DNA of 63,628 nucleotides, the filler included. It is 6 parts of 6 records of this genome, joined end to end, with 100 filler letters (N's around TTAATTAATTAA, not from the genome) between each part and the next. Parts side by side here need not be neighbours in the genome. Positions count along the whole stretch, not along the records: positions 24,096 to 32,389 come from SRR31156797_12356; positions 32,490 to 41,559 come from SRR31156797_12371; 4 more parts are not named here. The stretch is one strand, 5' to 3'. The notes beneath the pieces were generated by a model. It was not told where the DNA came from. It saw nothing but the letters and a program-made list of their open reading frames with translations, and searched no databases. A program made the translations under genes and the position numbers. This document shows, piece after piece, positions 28,664-36,774 of this stretch (position 1 is the first letter of the stretch; the number at the start of each line of letters is the position of its first letter).

Positions 28664-30460
28664 TTATTCCTTAGTATTTTCTTCTTTTAAAATATGTTTT
28701 TTTAAGACACCTATCTCAGCTAAAATATTATATTTGATAGTTTTAAGACTATAAGTGTTTTCTATTTGTCTTTTTTTTGCATTATACAGATCATCTACTG
28801 CATCTAGTAATGCTTCTGCATCGATTTTTGCAAACTTATAATCATATTTAGCTCCAAGATATGATTCTTCTCTTTTTTCAACAAGCTCTTTAATAAGTGA
28901 TGCTTTTGTATTTTCAAGATCCATTTGATGATACGCAGTTCTTAGTTTAAAATCTAGATCTCTTTTGATCTCCTCTTTTTTCTCTAATTGTTGTTTATAA
29001 TCTGAAAGTTTTTGTCTATATTCTGCACTATCTTTTCCACCTCTGTAAAGATTAAATGATGCTTCTAAGGCCACAGAGCTTTCTTCAAAATTATTTTTAG
29101 ATGGAATATTATTTGTGTACTCTTCATCTGATAATTTTGTCTTTCCTACAAGATCAATAGTTGGGTAAAATCCACTTTTAGATTGTGCTATTTTCTCTTG
29201 ATACATTTGAATATTTGCATCCATCTCTTTAATTGATGGTGATTTTGTAAAGATCTCTTCAAAAGCGATGATCTTATTTGTCAAATACTCACTTTTAGGA
29301 TCAAGTTTTTCAAAATAGTTTGTATCATCACTTTCAAGGTCAATATATTTTTGTAATTGAATGATGCTGTCTTTATAAGCCATTTTCATCTCTTCTAAAT
29401 TGATCTTTTGCTGAGTATATCTACTTTGAACTTTTGCATAATTGTTTAAAGTTACTAAACCACTTTGAAATTTGATATCCTCTTTTTGTACCCAAGTCTT
29501 ATAGTTATCTAGGTTACTATATGCAAGATCAAGTATCTCTTTTTGTTTTTGAATAGAAGTATATGCTTCGATTACAGATTTAATAAGATCTATTTCGACT
29601 TGCTCTGTTAAGTATCTATTTGATTCAATGCTATATTGATCGATATTATTTTGAGTAAGATCTTTGAATCCATTAAAAATGTTATAACGTAGAGTAAGAT
29701 CTACTGATTGTGTGTTATCAAAGTTATCATCTTCAGATTCAAAATATTTTGTATAGTTATAGTTTAAATCCAGTGTTGGATAAAATGAAGATTGATTTTT
29801 TCTTAATTCTTCTTGTAAGGACTGGATTAAAAAATACTTTTCTTTTAAACTTGGATAGTTATTCATAAGCTGTTGAACATATGATGCAAGAGTTATCACC
29901 TTATCGTCTGACTTTTGATAACTTGTTCGTAATTGAATCTCCATCTCAACTCTTCTTGAAAGTCTTTTGATCTCATCACCCTCTTCATCTTGAACCACTT
30001 CTGAAGATGATCGCCCAATGGCAAAAAAATTTGTTTCGATCCAGTTTTGTTCTGGTTTTGAGAAACGTTTTGAAAGCTCTTTTACGTATTCTAATACATT
30101 GTCTGCTCTTTCTTGAGAAATAGAGAGGTTCCTAAGATATTTATCCTCAGTTGTTTTCCCTTTTGAGCTATCAGAAGAGGCATGTCCCATAATAGAAACT
30201 TTTTTTACATAGTCTTTGTACTCAATCAATATCTTTAAGATGTCATGTAAGTTATGTTGTAGATTTGAAGGTATCTTTCTATTTACATCTTGATAATAAT
30301 CCACAATTCTTAAAGAGTGTGTTTCCTCCTCATACTCTGCATTATAATACTGTAACTTTGAAAGCAACTCATTTGTAGTATCAGAATACATACTATCAGA
30401 CTTTGCAAATAGATAACAACTCATCATCACTACTACTGTAAATATCAACTTTAACTTCAT
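28664..30460 (-). CDS. TolC-family outer-membrane protein with an N-terminal OmpA/MotB-like domain
   Basis: Signal peptide; GHASS...NLSISQERADNV...SRRVEM; then OEP repeats FYPTLDL, YNIFNG, FYPTIDL and FNLYRGG. Confidence 0.87.
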   Translation of the reverse strand: MKLKLIFTVVVMMSCYLFAKSDSMYSDTTNELLSKLQYYNAEYEEETHSLRIVDYYQDVNRKIPSNLQHNLHDILKILIEYKDYVKKVSIMGHASSDSSKGKTTEDKYLRNLSISQERADNVLEYVKELSKRFSKPEQNWIETNFFAIGRSSSEVVQDEEGDEIKRLSRRVEMEIQLRTSYQKSDDKVITLASYVQQLMNNYPSLKEKYFLIQSLQEELRKNQSSFYPTLDLNYNYTKYFESEDDNFDNTQSVDLTLRYNIFNGFKDLTQNNIDQYSIESNRYLTEQVEIDLIKSVIEAYTSIQKQKEILDLAYSNLDNYKTWVQKEDIKFQSGLVTLNNYAKVQSRYTQQKINLEEMKMAYKDSIIQLQKYIDLESDDTNYFEKLDPKSEYLTNKIIAFEEIFTKSPSIKEMDANIQMYQEKIAQSKSGFYPTIDLVGKTKLSDEEYTNNIPSKNNFEESSVALEASFNLYRGGKDSAEYRQKLSDYKQQLEKKEEIKRDLDFKLRTAYHQMDLENTKASLIKELVEKREESYLGAKYDYKFAKIDAEALLDAVDDLYNAKKRQIENTYSLKTIKYNILAEIGVLKKHILKEENTKE

Positions 30461-30470
30461 CTTTTTCTCC

Positions 30471-31919
30471 TTATTGGTTTAATTGCTCTAATGATTTATA
30501 ATTTGGAAGATCTTGTGTCATATCAACTAATGCGATAATGATCAATCTCTCACTTACATATTTTGCATATGTTAACTCATTGAATTTTATAATAAAATGG
30601 TGTGGACTTCCATTAATCGACATCACTGTTTTATATAGTCTTTTTGGATTATTGAGTAGATAATCGATCCAAAACTCACCCTCAATATACTGCTCCCAAA
30701 TATAATTTGGAGCATCAAACTTTTCAAATAATTCACTTACACATCTATGTTGTGATTTAAATCCATCAAAATCACCAAATCTATTAAAAAATCCCATAAA
30801 TCGTTTATTTGCACTTGTTATCTCATATCCATTATGCATGATCATAAGGTTTGGCTGCATATTAAAAAGATTTTCAAGTTTCTTTTCATTGTAATCTAAC
30901 TGATCAGATTTTTCTCTTAAATCATCATTTTCAAGATTTAAGATCTTATTATCCCTATCAAGTCTTTTCATTGTATTTTTTACGTATAAAGCATATACAG
31001 CAAAAGCAAAAAATAAACTTACTGCTATAATATATGCAATATACTGAAAAAGGATCTTTTGCTCAAATGGAGTACGAATAGCTATAAACTTTTTAAATAC
31101 AATTATGTTAGCAATAAGTTTATCATCTATACTTACGGGATATTTTATTGTTAAGTATTCTGTAGAAAACCTATTATTATAGGGAGTCTCCCATTCTTTA
31201 AAATAGTTTCCAATACCTTGTTGTCCAATAAGTTTTAAAAGGTAAGGATCACTATTTTTATTGGCTACATAATAATCATCTATAAATTTTTTTGTTCGAG
31301 AATGATCTATATCTATCTTTTTAGAATCTTCTTTATTAAGGATCACCACAGCATCTAATCCATCTTCTCTTAACATATTAACAAGAGTATCGAAATTTGA
31401 TTGAAATACTACGCTACCAATATTTTTGCCATAATGGAGGATTGGGGATATATCATAAAATGAAACCCCTATTTTTGAAGCATTAAAACCTGTTCTAAAA
31501 ACAGTATCATTTTTCAAAACTTCAAGATCCCCATGGTACTGAAAAATCTCTCTATTTCTATCTTTGATCGCAAGATAATCACTTTTTAAATATTGTGAAA
31601 GGTCAAGTTTTTTTAATAAGGAGTTTATATCAAGTTGAGATCTGTCTCGTTCTAAAAGAGCCTCTTTAATATTTTGATTACAAGACAAACTTTTCCCCAT
31701 AAGTCTTAATTGATCAAATTTATTATGTAAATAAGTATCTAGTTTATTATTCGTATCTATAGCAAATTGCATATAGATATGTTCTTTATATTCTTTGATA
31801 TCTTTTTCATAAAAACTCTTGGCAATGTAAATAAAACTAACTATTAAAGCTAATGTAAGTACTTGATACAAGAATTTGTATGGTATAAAATCTTTAAAAC
31901 TGAATTTTTTATTTTGCAT
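30471..31919 (-). CDS. membrane sensor: TM, Cache-like periplasmic domain, TM, coiled coil, PAS; no output domain
   Basis: Two hydrophobic helices; cytoplasmic PAS (LFNMQPNLMIM..ANKRFMGFF..HRCVSELF...VDMT) followed by the stop 12 aa later. Confidence 0.8.
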   Translation of the reverse strand: MQNKKFSFKDFIPYKFLYQVLTLALIVSFIYIAKSFYEKDIKEYKEHIYMQFAIDTNNKLDTYLHNKFDQLRLMGKSLSCNQNIKEALLERDRSQLDINSLLKKLDLSQYLKSDYLAIKDRNREIFQYHGDLEVLKNDTVFRTGFNASKIGVSFYDISPILHYGKNIGSVVFQSNFDTLVNMLREDGLDAVVILNKEDSKKIDIDHSRTKKFIDDYYVANKNSDPYLLKLIGQQGIGNYFKEWETPYNNRFSTEYLTIKYPVSIDDKLIANIIVFKKFIAIRTPFEQKILFQYIAYIIAVSLFFAFAVYALYVKNTMKRLDRDNKILNLENDDLREKSDQLDYNEKKLENLFNMQPNLMIMHNGYEITSANKRFMGFFNRFGDFDGFKSQHRCVSELFEKFDAPNYIWEQYIEGEFWIDYLLNNPKRLYKTVMSINGSPHHFIIKFNELTYAKYVSERLIIIALVDMTQDLPNYKSLEQLNQ

Positions 31920-32023
31920 TAAACTACCGAACACTTCATTTAGAGTATCCGATAGTCTACATCAAAAGTTCTTAAAAGTAACTTTTTTATAACTTTTTTA
32001 TTTATACATTATTCTTACATTAT

Positions 32024-32389
32024 TTACATCACATCCCCACCGTTATTACTATTATCCATCATATCATTTAAAGCATCTGTTACTTGATCAGAACCTCCAC
32101 CTGAGAAATCACCACCTCCTGTTGTTGTATCCGCAGTACTGCTACTATTAGTATCTGGGATAGGAGCATCTAAACTTTCAGGCTCTTCCGCTTCAAAGAA
32201 CTCCATCTCCTCTTCCATTCCAATACTAAGTACATCACCTGCTTCAATCTCGATATTTTCTTCCATGATCATCTCTTCCACTTCTACTGATTCTTCAGCA
32301 ACATCGTCAAAATCAATATCCATTTCCATCTCAATATCCATATTAAGATCTAGTTCAGGCTCTTCAACAACTTCTTCCGCTGCTTCCTC
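32024..32389 (-). CDS. C-terminus of a very acidic protein, probable T1SS substrate (5' truncated)
   Basis: Frame is open to the contig edge (EEAAEEVVEEPELDLNMDIEM...); Glu/Asp-rich with no Lys/Arg; upstream of the T1SS operon. Confidence 0.6.
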   Translation of the reverse strand, partial: EEAAEEVVEEPELDLNMDIEMEMDIDFDDVAEESVEVEEMIMEENIEIEAGDVLSIGMEEEMEFFEAEEPESLDAPIPDTNSSSTADTTTGGGDFSGGGSDQVTDALNDMMDNSNNGGDVM

Positions 32390-32489
32390 NNNNNNNNNNN
32401 NNNNNNNNNNNNNNNNNNNNNNNNNNNNNNNNNTTAATTAATTAANNNNNNNNNNNNNNNNNNNNNNNNNNNNNNNNNNNNNNNNNNNN
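32390..32489. other. artificial contig linker
   Basis: N44-TTAATTAATTAA-N44. Confidence 0.98.
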
Positions 32490-33542
32490 GGCGGCGGTTG
32501 GAACGCCCAAGCCTGCGCCGATATCCGCAGCTTCGTCGAAGCCAACAACCTGCCGGTCGGCGCCGCCTTGCGCTGCCAGGATTATTACGACAACGAATTG
32601 CCCAATTACGCCGGCGACATCGGCATCGGCATCAATCCGAAGCTGGCCGAACGGGTGCGCGCCGCCGATCTGCTGATCGACATCGGTTCGCGGCTCGAGG
32701 AAATGGTTACCTCGCACTACACCCTGATCGACGTTCCGCAACCGGCGCAGACGCTGGTTCACGTCTATCCGGGGGCCGAGGAACTGGGCCGGGTGTATCG
32801 TCCCGACCTGCCGATAAACGCCTCGATGCCGGCCTTCGCGGCCGCCGCCGCGGCCCAAGAACCGGTCGATTCAAGCGCCTGGGCGGGCCGCGTCGCCAAC
32901 GCCCACGCCGACTACCTGGAATGGTCGACCCCGGGACCGATCCCGGGCGAACTGCAGTTGGGCGAGATTTTTCTCTATCTGCGCGACCACCTGGGCGACG
33001 ACGCCTTTATCTGCAACGGTGCCGGCAATTACACGGCCTGGATTCACCGCTATCACCGCTATCGGCGCTATCGTACCCAATTGGCGCCGCGCCAGGGCTC
33101 GATGGGCTATTCGGTGCCGGCGGCGATTTCGGCGAAGCGCCATCATCCCGACCGTACGGTCATATCCTTCGCAGGCGACGGCTGTTTCATGATGACGGCG
33201 CAGGAACTGGCGACCGCGATGCTGCATGAAATTCCGGTGATCTTCGTCGTTATCAACAACAACCAGTACGGCACCATCCGCATGCACCAGGAGCGCGACT
33301 TCCCGGAAAGGGTTTTTGCGACGAAACTGGCCAATCCCGATTTTGCGGCCTACGCCCGGTCCTTCGGCGCCAACGGCGAAACCGTCCGCCGGACCGAAGA
33401 TTTCGCGCCGGCTTTCGAGCGGGCCGAAAAAGCCGATAAGCCGACAGTGATCGAACTGGTTCTGGATCCGGAGGCGATCCTGCCGACACGGACGATTGCC
33501 GACATCCGGGAAGAAGCGCTGAATACGATGGGAAAGGCGTAG
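32490..33542 (+). CDS. thiamine-pyrophosphate-dependent enzyme (acetolactate synthase-like), 5' truncated
   Basis: GSMGY and GDGCFMM...NN TPP-binding motif; frame open from the contig start. Confidence 0.9.
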   Translation, partial: GGGWNAQACADIRSFVEANNLPVGAALRCQDYYDNELPNYAGDIGIGINPKLAERVRAADLLIDIGSRLEEMVTSHYTLIDVPQPAQTLVHVYPGAEELGRVYRPDLPINASMPAFAAAAAAQEPVDSSAWAGRVANAHADYLEWSTPGPIPGELQLGEIFLYLRDHLGDDAFICNGAGNYTAWIHRYHRYRRYRTQLAPRQGSMGYSVPAAISAKRHHPDRTVISFAGDGCFMMTAQELATAMLHEIPVIFVVINNNQYGTIRMHQERDFPERVFATKLANPDFAAYARSFGANGETVRRTEDFAPAFERAEKADKPTVIELVLDPEAILPTRTIADIREEALNTMGKA

Positions 33543-33572
33543 GGGCGGTTCCTTTTACGCCTGTATTCGCCG

Positions 33573-34457
33573 CTAAGACCGTGATCCCCTGATGGCCTTG
33601 ATCCGTTCCAGATAGGTGATGTAGGAGCCGCTGCCGAAGATTAGGGCGGCGCCGATCCAGGTGAATAGGTCGGGAACTTCGTTGAAGGCGAAATAGGCGA
33701 TTGCCGAAACCCAAATCAACTTGAAGAAGTCGAACGGCATAATGACGTGGGTTTCGGCGTCCTTGAGCGACTGCACCATCAGCAGTTGCCCGAGGTTGCC
33801 GAGAATTCCGATGGCGATAAGCCAGACCAACTGACCGGCACTCGGCGTTTGCCAGACGAACAGCGCCGGGACCAGAGCGATCGGGGTGATCAGCACCGAC
33901 ATGTAGGCGGTGATGGTGATGCTGCTTTCGGTGCGGCCGAGCGACTTTACGATCATCAGCACAACCGCCCACCCGGTCGCCGACAGCAGCGTCAGGATGG
34001 CGCCCAGGCTGATTGCCTCGAATCCCGGGCGCAGGATGACCACCGTACCGGCGAAGCCGATGACGATCGCCACCCAACCGAGGATGCTGACTTTTTCGTG
34101 AAGCACAATCGCGGCAAGGGCGGTGGCAATGATCGGGGCAGCGAAGGTCAGGGCCGTCACTTCGCTGAGCGGCGTCATCGACAAAGCCAGAAAAAACATC
34201 AGCATGGCAACGGCGTTGATCAGGGCGCGCAGCAGATGCAGGCGGATGCGTCCGGTGCGTAGCGGCGTCCATCCAAACCTGACGAACCAGGGCACGATCA
34301 CCAGAAGCCCGAACAGGTTGCGGAAAAACGCGATTTCGAACGGATGCATGCCGGTGATCGAAACCATCCGTACCGACGCGTGCATCGATGCGAAGAACAG
34401 GGTGGCGCCCAGCATCAATGCGATGCCGCGTGTCGGATTGGACGGTGCGTTATCCAT
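33573..34457 (-). CDS. DMT/EamA family transporter
   Basis: About ten TM helices; FFRNLFG, LHEKV and ILRPG. Confidence 0.88.
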   Translation of the reverse strand: MDNAPSNPTRGIALMLGATLFFASMHASVRMVSITGMHPFEIAFFRNLFGLLVIVPWFVRFGWTPLRTGRIRLHLLRALINAVAMLMFFLALSMTPLSEVTALTFAAPIIATALAAIVLHEKVSILGWVAIVIGFAGTVVILRPGFEAISLGAILTLLSATGWAVVLMIVKSLGRTESSITITAYMSVLITPIALVPALFVWQTPSAGQLVWLIAIGILGNLGQLLMVQSLKDAETHVIMPFDFFKLIWVSAIAYFAFNEVPDLFTWIGAALIFGSGSYITYLERIKAIRGSRS

Positions 34458-34699
34458 GGATAGCTTGATGGGCGCAATGGCAAGGACTGTCAATCGCCGA
34501 GGTTGCGCGGACGGTTAAGAAAACGGTCGGCGGTTAAAAATCCCGACACCGTTCTGAAACACCCCAACCGAATTGCTGAAACGGTTCTGAAATATCGGAA
34601 AGTTAGAAATAATTGTCGGAAGGCGGTTTTGCGTCCCTTCTGCGGCGATCGAACAAAAAATGGAGACACCTGGTGTGTAGTTCGCTGGTCTGCGAAGAA

Positions 34700-36655
34700 A
34701 TGCCGTGGCAAAGCCAAAATGGGGCGGCCCAGAGCGAAGACCTGAGCGCCTTGTTCGACATCATCCCGATACCGATTCTGGTCGTCGATGGCCGGCGGCG
34801 GGTCGTCAAGGCCAACCAGGCGGCGATGTCGTCGCTGGTCGACCTGGAAGGTGCGGCCGGAACAAGTGGCGGCGACTATTTGGGATGTGTCCACGTGTCG
34901 GACAATCAACGCGGTTGCGGTTTCGGCGAGGCGTGCCAAAGCTGCGGGGTGCGCGAGCAGGTGATCGACACCCTTGAAACGGGGGCTTCGCACCGGAAAA
35001 AGGAACAGATTCTAAGCATCGACAATGATGGTGTCGTAACCGAGTATCCGCTTTTGACATCGACCGCGGCCCTCGAACGGGACGGCGAACGACATTGCAT
35101 CATCGTTATCGAAGAAATCTCCGAGATCAAATCGCTGGAGAAAAAAGCCCAAGAGAGCGAGAGACTGGTGCGCGGTGTTTTCAATGCCGCCGAGGACTGG
35201 ATATCCTTCAAGGATCGGGACTTTCGGTACACTCGTGTCAACGAGGCCCTGGCCGCTGCACTGGATAAAAAACCACAGGATCTGGTCGGTTTCAGCGATT
35301 TCGAACTCATGCCCTACCATATGGCGGAAACCATTCACCGGGCCGACGAGATGGTCCTCGATGGGTATGGGTATCGCGGCGAATTCGATCGCCAGATAAA
35401 CGGCTCGGTTCGCAGAATCGAATCGGTCAAGGCGCCGCTGAAGGATGACGACGACAACGTCATCGGCATTTGCACAATTTCACGCGATGTCACGGAATTG
35501 CGCGATGCCAGCAGGCGTATCGAGAGTTCGGCCCAACGAATGCAGCGGATTTTGGATAGCGCCGCCGACGGCATCTACGGAATTGACGGCGATGGAATCT
35601 GCACCTTTTGCAATCCCACCGCTCTTCGGTTGCTGGGTTATGAAAGCGAATCCGACCTTGTCGGAAAAAACGTTCACGAACTGATCCATCACAGCCAGCC
35701 GGATGGAACTCGATTGCAGGAACGGGACTGTCCAATTCACCGCGTTCTGGAAAAAGGCGAGTCGAGCATCGGCGAAGATCTGTTTTTCTGGCGTGCCGAC
35801 GGCACTTGTTTTCCCGTCGATTATCGGGTCGCATCGCTTCGTGGCGGAGACGGCGAAATGGGAAGCGTCGTCAGTTTTTCCGATATATCCGAACGTATCG
35901 CAATGCAGGAAAAGATCCGTCGGCTGGACAAATATCAGGCGCTCGGTGTGCTGGCCCGCGGTGTTGCCCATAACATCAACAACATGCTGACGCCGGCCCT
36001 TCTGTGCGTGGAATCATTGGACCCGAATCTGTACGGCGATGCGCGGTCGGCCAAAGCGTTGGGAACGATCAGCAAAGCACAAAACAGGATCCGCGAGGTT
36101 GCCCGCCGGCTTCTGATGATAAGCGGCCAATCGCTGATTGCGCCCAGTAAATTCGATGCCTCCGCGCTTGCGCGCCGTGTGATCGCGGAAATTCACCATT
36201 CGCTGCCGAAAGGCGTTTTGTTGAAGGAAAGGATCGACGACGGACTTGGCCTGCTTCGAACCGACCAGGAACAGTTTTACCTTCTGGTATCGAATATCAT
36301 CCGATTTCTTGGAGCGTCGGCCGCCGACGGACGGTGCGAAATTCATATCGACGTGTGCCGGGGCGATGCAATGAAACTCGATCAGGGCAGTCGCGGCGAA
36401 GTCGATACCGTGGAATTGCACTTCCGAGGGACCGGCGTCGAGGGGGCGCTCGCCAATGCCTGCAATCCTATGGATCCGCTCGCGATTGAATTCACCGAAG
36501 GTTCCGAAAATGACCTGGAATTGGCGGCGGTGCATGCCATTCTATTCCAGTTGGACGGTAAAATCCGCATTGGTTCGGAAGACGGAGCACAAACATATAT
36601 CCATGTGCAGTTGCCACTTTTCATGGAGAATCAATCCGGCGATCTGATAGCCTAG
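34700..36655 (+). CDS. three-PAS pseudo-histidine kinase (His retained, HATPase degenerate); start uncertain
   Basis: H-box GVAHNINNML; N, G1, F and G2 boxes replaced (e.g. ENDLELAAVHAI where GTGLGL is expected). Confidence 0.8.
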   Translation: MPWQSQNGAAQSEDLSALFDIIPIPILVVDGRRRVVKANQAAMSSLVDLEGAAGTSGGDYLGCVHVSDNQRGCGFGEACQSCGVREQVIDTLETGASHRKKEQILSIDNDGVVTEYPLLTSTAALERDGERHCIIVIEEISEIKSLEKKAQESERLVRGVFNAAEDWISFKDRDFRYTRVNEALAAALDKKPQDLVGFSDFELMPYHMAETIHRADEMVLDGYGYRGEFDRQINGSVRRIESVKAPLKDDDDNVIGICTISRDVTELRDASRRIESSAQRMQRILDSAADGIYGIDGDGICTFCNPTALRLLGYESESDLVGKNVHELIHHSQPDGTRLQERDCPIHRVLEKGESSIGEDLFFWRADGTCFPVDYRVASLRGGDGEMGSVVSFSDISERIAMQEKIRRLDKYQALGVLARGVAHNINNMLTPALLCVESLDPNLYGDARSAKALGTISKAQNRIREVARRLLMISGQSLIAPSKFDASALARRVIAEIHHSLPKGVLLKERIDDGLGLLRTDQEQFYLLVSNIIRFLGASAADGRCEIHIDVCRGDAMKLDQGSRGEVDTVELHFRGTGVEGALANACNPMDPLAIEFTEGSENDLELAAVHAILFQLDGKIRIGSEDGAQTYIHVQLPLFMENQSGDLIA

Positions 36656-36774
36656 TTCGTTCGTGGACGGAAAACGGCAATGTAGGAAACCTACAACAAG
36701 CTTGAAAACAATCATAAATAGAAGGCTTCCAAATGCGTTGAATTGGTTGACGGGTCGTGGGGGCTAGAGAAAAC

